Below the pieces are notes generated by a model, which searched no databases, was not told the origin of the DNA, and saw only the letters and a list, made by a program, of their open reading frames with translations. The position numbers were made by a program, and so were the translations under genes. Source: Styela clava (taxonomy: Eukaryota). Taken from it: DNA of 64,000 nucleotides. The stretch covers positions 14,756,001-14,820,000 of the forward strand of contig NC_135256.1 in the NCBI RefSeq assembly GCF_964204865.1, given 5' to 3'. Of this stretch, positions 42,101-54,570 are shown piece by piece (within the stretch, counting starts at the first letter, position 1; each line of letters opens with the position of its first letter).

Positions 42101-43086
42101 TCTAATTTTTAGTCGTAAGTGTTTTTAATTTCTCAAAAAACCCTAAAAAGTATCCATGTATTATTTAAACAGCGAATAATGAATATTCTCAAACCATAAA
42201 TGTTATATGTCTGCTCAAACTTCAGTATATAATTTACAATTTTCTTAAAATCCAATGTTTTGCTCGATTGGAATTAAAAACAATTGGGCATTCTGATGGC
42301 ATTGCTGCCGTTGCGAATAAAACAAACACACTGCTATGGAAGTGACACAATAACTTTGACATAGTGCAGAAATTGTTGTAGGGTTGTTTGCCAGTCAAGT
42401 CACACGATATTCTGCGAGTTCATTTCTAAAACTTGGCAGTAGTGAAACTTGCATTGGTTACGTAATAATATGCTCTATCGGGCTTTTCATATCGAATTAC
42501 TGCATGCGTATATTGTATATTGCATGTACAACATTATATTCTTCCTCTTTTAAAACACACAACAGGCGCTGTATGAAACTGGTTCAAGGCAATTATTTGA
42601 AGTATGTTAATAAATTTACCCAACCCTTGATAGCTCTTTACTTGCTTTTTAGGAAGCTGCACAATTCAAAGCTACGGAAACACGTATGTGTACATAGTTT
42701 CCGATTTAAACCGATATGAGGCAGGATGTCCAACAGCCTTCGGTGTTATCATAGGCGCAACACTTGGAGCATTTTTCTTCATCTGTATTGCAGCTTGCGT
42801 GTTTGTAGTTGTTTGTGGAATTGATTACCGGAAATATTGTTGCTTTTGTTGCAAGAGCCAGAGGAATCGAAGAAATTCTAGCGATAATAGTAGTGCCAAT
42901 CAGGATCAAGATCACACTTACGCCACGGCGTACCAGACACAAAATGAAAAGGCACATATCAACTACCCTGAAGGTGCCATGTATACTGCCGCGCCACCAA
43001 GTTACGAAGATGTCACTAAAGCCGTGGATCAAGAGCAATCTCAGTCCATAAATATACCGGAGGTGGCTTCGTCTTCTACAACTTAA
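39110..43086 (+). CDS. LRR single-pass receptor A (exons 39110-39242, 39846-40021, 40698-40874, 41078-41372, 42653-43086)
   Basis: Signal peptide, LRRNT CACPSGCQC..C, LRRs (LRKVKTLDISHN, LESLSMNDCSL), LRRCT NPLQC..MC, TM, YCCFCC, tail PPSYEDV; all splice phases match. Confidence 0.88.
40361..40530. mobile_element. 170-bp hAT-like MITE in intron 2 of receptor A
   Basis: Perfect TIR cagtggtgggattc / gaatcccaccactg; internal ccggtt repeats; no TSD recognisable. Confidence 0.7.
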
Positions 43087-44519
43087 AACATGTAGGCCGA
43101 TGAAATAATTGATGTAAACAAAATCACTCAACAACGCTATTCCAATATTTGTAAAATCAACCTAATTGCCTGTTATGTAACTATTTTGTGTGCGACGTTT
43201 TGTGAATTTCACAAAAGTAAAATTCTGTGATGTAAACAAAGATGAACAATATTTAACCGAGAAAATGATGTGCTTTTCAGTGATCTTTTAGTTATACCAA
43301 GGTATAGATTCATAACAAATGAAAAGTAGCATCAAAATGACAACTTTATTTAAATCTTCACGTTTTGTTATGACATATATTTTTTGCAAATGCTGAAAAT
43401 GTCAAGGCCACGGTGAATAATTTAGCATCCTCTGAAACGTGGAATTCAAAATTCCTCATTTTTTAAATTGTTAACGAGTAGTAGGAAAAAAAAATTTTGT
43501 GCGAAATATGTCAACAAAGTTGAATATAACTAAATTTGGAAAGTAATTTAATCTCACTCACTCTGTCATTTTTACTATTTTATTTTGATTTTATATAAAA
43601 TATTTACACTGCGATCTTGCATAACAAAACATCTTGGAACATTTTCTATGTCAATTCTTTGATATTTGCTTTGAAATGGGTTGAAAATAACATAAACCTT
43701 TAGTTGGTTACTATTTTACTGGACTTCATAACGTTGCGTTAGCATTAATTCTCTTCTGGTGTATAACATATTCTGGTGCTAACATATTCATCGCGGTTTA
43801 GAATCAATTTGTTTGAAAATATACAGGGTATATCTCTTTACAAAAGTTTTTCAAGCACCCAATGTTAAATATGCATATGTATACTAACAGTGGAAAATTG
43901 ATAAAAATACAATTATATGCTGTAGTTATTTTCAAAAATTGACACGCTGAACGCTAAATAAGACGTGATGAAGTTTGGTTAATTTCAAGTATGAACCATT
44001 ATAATGGATCGTGACAAAAGTCAAAAGTTTATAATTTAATTTTTTTTTTTATTTATCCTCAGCTTTAATCTTGTTTTGAATCATACTTTGACTTGCTGCA
44101 AAATTGTAATGAATCTTGTTAATAAACCAGATCTTTCGAGGAAAATTTTTATCGGTTGACTCCAAATTTTGAGTTTCACAGAAATTGTCTCTCGCTCACA
44201 CTCCTGGTTGACAAAATCCGAAGGCCGACCTCACGTTAAAAATATTTTCGATCCCAATTCCAGAGAAAACCAAATTTTTAACCCAAACTCCTTCTTCAAC
44301 GTCCATGGAGAATGCTTATTCAACGTTCTGTTTTTTAGTTTCTGTTTGAAAATTTTGGTTTTAATTACACCACTAGTGCTGGAATTCCAACTTCTAACTC
44401 ACGAAAAAGTCAAATTTTCTAATTAGCGTCAAAATAAGGAGATGATAATTCGAATACGACTCCTGTTGTGTTATCGACGTCATCGATGAAAGTGAAATGT
44501 GATTGTATAAACGGTCACT

Positions 44520-44685
44520 GGGTAGAAAACGCTGTTCGTCCATCAACGCTAATTACAAGGACTGTTAGACTGAGGTAAGTTACATTGTCAGGCAAACTGC
44601 CTAGTGTTGTCTGTTAGATTGCCTTGGGATTCGAAGTGGAATCGATGAGTTCCAGTTTTGTTGTTCACACATTTTCTGGAATTAA
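44520..44685 (-). pseudogene. Inverted, decayed LRR exon fragment
   Basis: Minus strand reads IPENV*TTKLELIDS...*QTTLGSLPDNVTYLSL; 44567-44611 is the exact reverse complement of 47337-47381. Confidence 0.6.
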
Positions 44686-45872
44686 AACACTAACATGCAA
44701 TTTAAAATATATCTAAAAACAGGGCAGTAGAGGCATCTATGTCATTAGGTGAAATTAAGAACAATACCATATGGCGACAGTTTATAACTTCCATAAATAA
44801 GGAGTGCCTTACATAGAACTACTTCGAAACTTTTGTGGCATATCTGTGCAAAAGTATTTAAATAAATTGTGCACTGTCACCAAGTTTGTCAAATAAATTT
44901 TTACAAATATTGTACTCCCCACGAATGGCACAACCAGAAACAATATAGATAATAAATTGCTTTAATAATTCATTCATTCTCCCGGTAAATTTATTTGTGC
45001 GGTTGGCCTATGTTGTCATACGTAATGGTCTGCCAGTCTTCTGCGTTAACGTTTTATTTTAGCGTTCACAAAAAGAATAAGTTCTGACCATCGGATATCC
45101 ACGGACTGTTTAGTAAAATTTTGTGAAAATGAGTCGCAATTGGAGTCGGTTTCAGATGGTGTTTGATAAGCACAGGCTTTCTCCGTCGGGTTGGCGATAA
45201 GAAGTTTTCTAACAAAGTCAGAAGCGAAACAATTTGACATAAGCATAATCTATCCAACGAACACATTCAATTAACTTTCCGCTAGAGTAAGATAGAAATA
45301 TCGACGGGCTTTGTTATAGGACGCAAGTATACAATAATATTGATAGAATTATTCTGAAAAGCCGCAGTCGGCGGAGTAACAACGGCAGGCTGCATGGCTC
45401 CTTCATGTCTGGAAAAGATTTAGATACTCCGCCAAGCAAAAGGAGTGGATAATTCAAAATAAACTTTCACACAAAATACTAAGGTTTTTAATGGTAAGTG
45501 TGAATTTTGGTAATTAAATGGGTTTAATACATACTACCAGTATACTATTTTTAATCAACAATGAAAATATGTAGAAACGGTTTCGTTGAATTGTTCAATT
45601 GTTTCTCGGGCACCATGGTATGATATTATTGATTTGGATTCCAACAAGGTTTCTTGAAATGTTTAATTTAGGTTATTCATTAATTCGCGAGAACGAGAAA
45701 CATCTTAAATCTTAAGTAGTACTATTTCGTAAATGTTCATATTAGATATTCAGCATTCAATCGCACATGATCATCTCTTGCGAGTTTTGCGCATATCACA
45801 AGAGATGACTCGAGTGCCAATTTTATTACTAAGTTTTGGGAGCCGATTACCGTGCCTCTGTATTTCTTTACA

Positions 45873-45949
45873 CAGGGTGAGCCAAAAAATGTTACCAATT
45901 TTTACATCCAGAATATAAAAAAATAGTAACATTATTTTGGTCCACCCTG
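45873..45949. mobile_element. 77-bp Tc1/mariner-type mini-MITE
   Basis: Imperfect TIRs cagggtgagccaaaaaatgttac / gtaacattattttggtccaccctg, followed by TA. Confidence 0.6.
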
Positions 45950-46186
45950 TATATTCTTTTTTACTATTTCATACTGATTATACGGATAATACTAGTTATA
46001 TACTACAATATTATTTTAGTAATCATATTTATAAAATATTTTTTCAGACAGATAACATTTGAAGTATCCAGCCGTAGAAAAAGTGTAGAAAACATATAAC
46101 GCTATAGCAATAAAGTTTGTGTGATTGCTTTCTCAGATTTAGGTAACAAAATTATTCTCGTCTGGAAAATATAAAAAAAGCGTAAT

Positions 46187-49100
46187 ATGATCATGCTACG
46201 GGCTGTATTTGTTACTTATCGATCTTAAGATCGGTAAGTATGTTGATAGGTATTTGTCTGTTTGTCTGTCTGTCTGTTTGTATGTTTGTCTGTTTGTCTG
46301 TTAGATGAACGCGATATCTCACGAACGCGTGGTTGAATCTGCTCCAAATTTTGCATGTGCATGCATCTTACCTCGGACCAGAAGCATATAGATTTTGGGT
46401 TAATTATGTCGTATAATTAGCGAGTTATTAACTAATTACCGATCTAAGATCGATAAGTCTGCGGTCTCCCACCGATATTCTCGTTTTAACTTTTTTGATA
46501 TTTGGAATCTGCGCTATGGCAGACGTCTGGGAGGATTGCCAACATTGTAACTGTTATAACAGCACAGCATCTTGTAACAGGAAGTTATTGCATGTTATTG
46601 CGTATAGATGTGTCGATGTACTGATACTGCTAAATTCACAACGAAAAAGTATGAAAACTCAAAAAATAGCTAATAGGACAAAAATCCTCTTAATATTATG
46701 AATAATCATCTTATCTTAAATCGTCGGCCATTAGTCAAACTTTATATACTTTTTAATCTTATATTTTTTTTGTTGGCTTCCACGCAAATATTCATAAATC
46801 GTATTGATCCATTGGGGCCCTAATATTTCTATTTGTCGAACAATAATTTTTTTAAAGCTATTCGAATTACGAATTTGTAGATATTTTATTCTCTATATAT
46901 GCAAATGGAAAGTTTTTATTGCAAAACAAGAAAACAGATGTAGAATTATAGCTTTGACCAATTTGCTTGAATGAATGATGAATGAATTTGCGTGAATGAT
47001 ATTCTCGAGATAGAACAGGAGCTGTGACAATACTTCTGGAATTTTTCTATATTTTTTTTCAATTTTATCAAAAATGAGTTTATCTTTGAACATTCTCTAG
47101 CATTTCTATACTTTCATCTTTATTTTTTTGTTTTCTCATGTTTATGGATTCACAGTTGAAAACCATCCGGAGTTGAAAACACTTTGTTGCCTAATTTTAG
47201 ACATATTTTATTTAGAATAAGCGTATGATCAAAATAAACGTTTTTATGCGTACATTTGCAATTCAGACATCACCGAAATTCCGTTCTGTATACCATCGAA
47301 TACAATTCAACTGACTATAACTGACTCCCCCAAACTGACAACACTAGGCAGTTTGCCTGACAATGTAACTTACCTCAGTCTCAACAATGTTGGTATAAAA
47401 TCTATACACGACGATGAAATTGGATGTAATACTCCGGGTAGGTGTTTGATACATAACATACATATTACATATTTGATACATTAACTATAAAAACTAAATA
47501 AAGAGTTGTAGAAATGTAACTTCATAATTAGCCTTCGTACACAAGTTCGTTCCTCCAATATACTTTGATGAATATATTTATTGTCTGCATTACAACGATA
47601 AATTCAATGGGATTCTTATTGATACTCTCGTCATATAAACATTCTTTGCTTATACTAACCGTACCATTGTTGCCCATAATCTTTGAGAATATTATTATTA
47701 GCGACTTTCTCTTGAAGATAATAAACAAAATAGAATATCCTCTTTTAGTTTTTGAAAGTGATAGCATGTGAAGATCTGGTAATAGTTGATCTCGAATATG
47801 GGTCGCACAACTGGTCTGTTTCGTTGCAAGAAATACAAATTACCAGATGTAAAAATCTTGATGTTGTATCGAATTTTGACCAAGTAAAATCTTTGGAGGT
47901 CATAACTATAACAGAAACAAATATCAAGGTATGTACGCTGGTTGAGATTTACTAACCAAACTAAAACATATTATCGTATAATGAAGCGAATTACATCTAT
48001 TTTTACGATCAAATTGGAGCAAACAAAAACAAAACTGTGCCAAATTTAAGAAGAAAAGTAAAAACCTATCTAGGATTGTAAATATACGATACGAAAAAAG
48101 CAACCTGCGTATCATTCAAAAAAATATTTCAGCAAATTGCAACCTTGGAAGAGTTACCTTATGAGGGTTATACGTGAGCGTTTCTGCATTCACAAATATG
48201 GGAAAACTAAATTCCCTATTCTATACGACATCGGCACGGAACAAATTCAATGCACAATCGAAGCATGTACTGTGTTATTAAACACGACTCAATTCAGATA
48301 AACATATAAAGTGAACCAGTGATGCAATTATAAAAAAAAAATCAGAATAGTTTTGATTTTTATTTTATTTTCTTGCAGACTATTGACGAAAATATTTTTG
48401 GAGCACTGCCCTTGTTGAAACATCTTGACATATCTCAAAACGCTCACCTCAAAGTTATGATTCAATATGCTTCAGCCAAATTGGATTCTTTAAAAACTCT
48501 TGACATAAGTGAATGCAATTTATTCACCCTCTACTCAGAGTATTTACTCACTCATAAACAAATGAATTACTATCGGTTTGGACTTCAGGAAATCCGTTTG
48601 CTGATGTGTGAGTTTACAACATGGCTTATGGGGTATCAAGGTTTTATTAATAATTCAATTTTAGGTAAATTGCTTTTATGATAGTTTTACTTTGTGCCTT
48701 AAAATACTTCATGTTGTAAGTCAAACATGCATGGTGCGACACTTGCATCAAACACGTCTTTGTATACAACAGTCGGAGGCTAACATAATTTACAACAATA
48801 ATTTAAGGTAGACGAGAAAGTAAACTTGATAAACCAAGTCAGTTCTTGAACTAGCAATATCTTTCTCAAAAAATTTCTCATCGATATTTTCTGCGCTTTT
48901 ATTAGAAAATAGATTTTGTACAAATTGTAAAATGACTTTTTTACACGATTGCGGCGATCCTTTCAGATTACCTTAGAATAAACAAGCTATAATTTCTGTT
49001 TGAGTTGGAGTTTCGGGTTAGTTGTTGGACCAACCAGACAGAATGTAACTAAAAATACTAAATATGATTATGTTGAGTGGTGTGTATATTTCCCTCGCTT

Positions 49101-49502
49101 TTTGTGATTGGCAGTTAATTTTTTCTCAATTTTTTTAGCTCACAATTGGGATATCTTTTTGTCACAGGCGACTGCTATTTTAACACCACCGAGGATTCTA
49201 TTACATATAAAGTATCAAAGTTGACAGGCCTGGAAGCAGGATGCTCATACACAAAAGCTGGTCTGATTATCGGCTGTACTTCAATATTTGTGCTTTTGTT
49301 GATAATAGCATTTTTCATTATCATATCAAAATATGATCGACAATGCAAAAAATATTGTTGCCATTGTTGCGACCGACAGAGACTTAAGAATGCTGATGAC
49401 GAAGACCACGACATGTCTGAAAGCAATTCCTCCGAGCAACAGAAAGAAAAATTAGACGGAACAACTCTGAATACACTTTCATTTCCAGAAGATAATGCAT
49501 AG
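46187..49502 (+). pseudogene. LRR receptor B, disrupted paralog of A (exons ~46187-46579, 47267-47437, 47749-47928, 48379-48664, 49168-49502)
   Basis: HINE insertion in the signal-peptide exon; exon-1 donor reads GG instead of GT; exon 2/3 phase mismatch; LRRCT 'GNPF' lies in a shifted frame; TM and KYCCHCC retained; no PY motif. Confidence 0.8.
46212..46483 (+). mobile_element. HINE/DINE-1-like element, copy B
   Basis: ttacttatcgatcttaagatcggtaagta 5' end, (TGTC)n, gatcgataagt plus 3' hairpin; inserted at a T-run without a clear TSD. Confidence 0.8.
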
Positions 49503-50109
49503 GATGATAATATAAATTCAGCTGCTTTGTTTTGGGCTTATACATCTAGAAGTTGTTTTGCTTAAACTCATCTTGTATAAAGAAGAAATCTTGTATATCA
49601 AATTAAATAAACTACTCATGAAAAATAAAAACTCGATCAAATCGTTTTGAAACTTGTTTGAGGGGAGATTTTCATGCATGTAGTTATTCAAAATCAATTT
49701 TACATACTTAACAAATTAGAGTGTATTCTTCCTACTGTATTGAACAATTGTTGTCACAGACTTAGCTTCTCGTAAGATTTATGTAATCTGGTATTCTGCT
49801 GACTACACTCAAGCCGACTTACCGTTATTCTGCATTGTTGCAAGTCTATACTACCTAGTTTTTCCTAGACTAAATTGTGTCGTTCGTCCACGTACCTGTC
49901 TTATCTGTATACCAATTGTAAAAAAAAAAAACATTGTCGCCGGATAATTGCGTTCTGAATTATATGGGTGTAAATTAAAGCCGTAAATTTCATAATAAAA
50001 TCGACATACCATGGCGATTAAACTATCATTTGGTATACGCTTGAGCAACACCAATTTGGATAAGATCAGTTTTTACCTCACGCTGATTTTAATTTCTACT
50101 CTCTAAATC

Positions 50110-50170
50110 TACCATGGGCAAACTACAGCCCGCTGGACAAATCCGGCCCGCTGGGTAATTCAATCTGGCT
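50110..50170 (+). mobile_element. Truncated hAT-MITE left end
   Basis: atgggcaaactacagcccgctggacaaatccggcccg resembles the ends of the other hAT MITEs here; no partner end found. Confidence 0.35.
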
Positions 50171-50678
50171 CAACCAAACTAAAACCAAGTTTTGATGTTT
50201 TTGTTAAAATATAGCTCAAGGAATTTGTTAGGATTGCGATTAAATTTAGTTCTGGCACCAGGCTCATTGTTTTCCACCATTGCTTTTGCAACACCTCGCC
50301 CGCCCATGTGTGTCTGAATGTCTGAACAGTAACATTTGCTACTAAGTTCAAATAAATGTTTTCATTGTACATCAAAAATGAGGTATTTGTCTTGGCATGC
50401 TCGAATTTATGGAAAAACATTAGTCTTCCTGCGTTTTTTTCTAACTACACAGTTTTACAACGTATCATATGGTTGAAACTCTGTTTGCATGGTTTGATTT
50501 TTCAATTCAACTTTCAAGAATTAAAAAAACGTCAAAACATAAAATGAATGGTAAAGTAGCCCATATCGCGGCTGGTTGTTTTCTAGCTTCAATTATCAAT
50601 TTGCTTGGTTGATAAATTTAGAAAAATAGTAATAATATTCAGTTACTGTAAATCCAGTGTTAGATATCGGAGGCATCG

Positions 50679-50852
50679 GGAATACTGTTCAGTTATAACG
50701 TTTGAGATAACAAAAAATCCGAGTCCAAAAATGGACAAAACGCCCCATATTTCACCTTTATACTCGGAATACTGTTCAGTTATAACGTTTGAGATAACAA
50801 AAAATCCGAGTCCAAAAATGGACAAAACGCCCCATATTTCACCTTTATACTC
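50679..50852 (+). repeat. 87-bp direct tandem duplication upstream of receptor C
   Basis: ggaatactgttcagttataacg...cacctttatactc occurs twice; single copy at about 57751 in the paralog. Confidence 0.9.
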
Positions 50853-51394
50853 GATCTTTCGATTCTATATTTGTGCTTAGTTTTGATCGTCTGTCCTGGC
50901 TGGACAAACAATCGAAGCTGACTTGCTGTTCAAAAATATTATGAAAGCGCACATCTCTGAATATTATACAACAGGTCGTCTGTATTCTATCAAACATTAA
51001 CTACGGGAGGCTGTACGAATCTGCTAAAAACAATCAGGAAATTTAATATAACTCCACGTTAAAATGTAAGGCAAAAACAGCCAAATCGGTGATTTTAGCA
51101 AAGCATGGGATACAATCAAATGGGATCCCGGGGGTACTTTATAAGTATATTACGTATTCTGCTCGACATTTATCTTATAACAATTTTTGAATTAAGCAGA
51201 AATCTTTTTATCCATGAGTTTTTGCTAAATGCATTTCGTACAAACGTAATTGTTTTACCTTATCAATTCACGTGACGAATAACTATTAACAGTTTCTCTG
51301 GAATAACTTTTTGTTGAACATAATATGCATTAGTGCAGTTGTATTTGAAATTTGCATCAAAGTAGTAGACTGTAAGTAGGCGGCTGTATTCGTT

Positions 51395-54300
51395 ATGACA
51401 AGCGTAAAAATATCGCTATGCCTCTTTGTAGTCGCTCTTTTAATCTCCATAGCAAATGGAATATTGCTTGACGCATCGGAAAAAGCTTCAAGGAAAGACG
51501 ATGACACGAATCGCCTATGTCCTGTATGCCCTGAAAATTGTGACTGTTCGGATGAATCATCGCCGGTATGCACAGGTATGTTGAGATACACATAAATATG
51601 TGTTGTGTTTCAAGCACATCGATTTATGTCCGTATTTTATTTCCTACAAATTGTGCGTTTTTAGGTCTTCCAGATGGTGTTTTGAATATGATATGAATTT
51701 TAATTATTAGACTCAATCTATGGTTACTAGGTTTTTTATTAGGATTTATTTAAAATGATATATAGAATACTGCGATCTAAGACTCATGAATTTCCTCGAC
51801 AAAGCATAATCCATTATCACAACCTTGGTTACATTGATGGGGGCTCCCGAAGTATGCAAACCAAGATGGCGGACATCGGAATGTAATATGTGTACTAGGT
51901 TAGGGTTAGGCCATAATTTTAGCTATAAATACTACGGGGGGCTCTTGGCTAGTCTTCGAACTGATTATAGGACTAAAATAAGGAAAATTGGAAAAAAATT
52001 CTCGCCTAACCCTAACCTGTTACCCATGTTACGTTCCGATGTCCGCCATCTTGGTTCGCACACTTCGGGAGCACCCATTGATGTCTACCTTGGGTAGTCT
52101 ACGGGTGACTCTAATATGCCCGAGCGTACAGCTTGTTCTTGTCATGGTTTGACCAATTTTTCATATGTTTTGTTAAAATGAAAGCTTACATTCTGTTCGT
52201 TCTATGTGGTGTTTGGTAATACACTTTTGAATTGTAATAAATTAGATAAAGTACAAGTATTGTAATCTCAACTGATCAGTGATATTTACCAATAATAAAT
52301 TTAAGCGACGCCATATTTCTATAGGCAACTGGCATAATAATTCATATTTTACTCCCACGTGCCAAAACGACATAAGGTGTTTCAATATTCTTGGCATTGG
52401 ATGGAATTGAAAACTATTATCTTTTTTTTTATAATTTGACAAATTTATCAATTTATTGAATTATTTATAAGTCTTTACAAAAACGTTATTTGTAAGAAGG
52501 TTATGGTCATCTCCATATTGACCATATCCACATTTATTTCCTACTGTATGACTAATAATCTTGAACATACATCAAAGTTGTATAAAATGAAATAATCAGT
52601 GTAAAAAATATCTGATAACATTCCATGTCTTGAGAAGTTGAAGGTTACAATAATTACTGTAATACAATCTCAAGCACAAAGATATATATGTACAGCCAGA
52701 ACTTTTTTTCAATTTTTAAAATTAACATTAATTGTTATTTTTAAAACTGAAACCTTAGAAAATATATCATCAACAGTGAATATTTGTACATAAACTTACG
52801 TGTTTTATTCAACAGATATTTTTGAAATACCAAAATGCTTTCCTGATGGTAAAGAAATAGAGAGTTTAACAGTCCTCGACTCACCCCTTTTGACGTCAAT
52901 TGATGATGAAGATGCATTCGAACGTTACGACAAAAATCTCGAAATTCTTATTTTTCGCCAAACCGGACTTGGATACGTTAACTGGGAAGCTTTTGCAAAT
53001 GTTAAGAAATTGAAGGTGACAAAAAGGCATCTTGTACATTATAGTAAATTTACCAACGTGCAATTTCTACTTGAATCCCTATACTATATTCAAATGAAAT
53101 GATTCATTCAAATGATTAGCGTTAATCATTGTTAAAGGAGAGTGACCATGATTATATATGTTCTGCGGAGATGGTGATAATTTGCGGTGTTCTTGAAAAA
53201 AAAATTATTTGTCAAAGTTATAACTAGGACCGCGATTTCACAATACTGTATGAATTTTATTAGTATCGTTTATTTACCTTTCTCAACTAACAACAAATTA
53301 TCCAAAACTTGAGTGATTTTTACGATTTCATGGTCCAATTCTTATTGACTATTTAAATTACGTTGATAACTTTGCTAATAATAAATAAGTATTATTCATG
53401 TATTGTTTATTTTTCTATACAGACACTCGAAATATCATCAAGTCGGTTGAAATGCATTGAACCGATGGATCTAAGAAATTTACAAATTCTGAATTTGTCG
53501 GGCAACAATGATTTAAAATTTTGTACAGATCAAGAATTGTTTGTGGAAATGCCTTTTTTGGAAACATTGGATTTAAGAAACTGTAGCATTCAGGTAGAAA
53601 AACTTAAAACATTGTTATTTCATTTGCACAATTTTTTTGAAAATTGAGTCGAGTTTTATTTGCGCTAATATTCGAACAAACGACTGTTTCAAGCTATGGA
53701 TTCTATACTTTGTTTTTCAAATTTTTCTTGGTATACGACGTGCTTTTTAATATCTTTCATATTTAGGGAATGTATGAATATACTTTCCGTGGACCAAATA
53801 AACTTACTTACCTGAATATGAATTTTAACAACGAACTGGAAGAAATACCTAAAGACGCCTTTTCTGATCTTTCAAGATTACAAGAGCTTCATATAAGCTA
53901 TTGCGGGTTACGAACTCTTTATCCAGAGCATTTTTCCACGGCACATAGCGATGGAAGTTTGGAATCCGTGAAAGCGATTGGTAACTGTTGGAAATGTGAA
54001 ACAATGTGCAATTTTGGAGCATGGATGGACGACAACGACGACTTTCGCGACATTTTTGATGGTGAGCGGTGCAAAACGCCAACTTATTTGAGTGACGAAT
54101 TACTTCAAAATTTGGGCGAAAGTGAGCTCTGTTACATCTACACGACTGATGCTCTCATTGTGATAGGTGCACTTTGTTTAATGATGCTAACACTTATCTG
54201 CTGTTTTGCGTTAGCTTTCAAAAACTGTTTTATCGGAATGTGTAAAAGTAGTGACGTATACAGTTCAAACCCTACTAGTCAGCAGCAATCTAATTTACGA

Positions 54301-54567
54301 AGTGCACCTCGAACAGGTCGGGCAGGCGTAGAAAACTCCGCCGCAGAGACGAACGATCACGCTATTGTTACTGTTGATGGAGCGATGTCCACTGATTCTG
54401 TTGGGGGATGGTGTATACACGATATAGATCCACCTGGCTATGACGCAGTCGTAGGAAAAAATGATGAAAACATGGATATCATGACAATGACATTGCGAAA
54501 CGCAGATGACGCAGATTCAATGACAGATGTCGCCCCACCTCCTTATGATGAACATGCTTTTGCTTAA
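51395..54567 (+). CDS. LRR single-pass receptor C (exons 51395-51575, 52816-53015, 53423-53593, 53767-54567)
   Basis: Signal peptide, LRRNT CPVCPENCDC..C, LRRs (LQILNLSGN, LETLDLRNC, LQELHISYC), LRRCT GNCWKCETMC..C..P..L..C, TM, tail PPGYDAV and PPPYDEH. Confidence 0.9.
51839..52076. mobile_element. 238-bp fold-back MITE with 6-bp TSD in intron 1 of receptor C
   Basis: Long TIRs gggggctcccgaagt...ggttagggttagg / cctaaccctaacc...acttcgggagcaccc; TSD attgat; absent from paralog D at about 58939. Confidence 0.88.
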
Positions 54568-54570
54568 GTA

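Noticed and set aside
44100-45460. Coding-looking segments flanking the inverted LRR patch
   Set aside because: Multiple stops, no recognisable motifs and no consistent splice model
50605-50880. ORF with a repeated peptide; CRISPR-like or repeat-protein appearance
   Set aside because: Simple 87-bp tandem duplication with no spacers, in a eukaryotic context
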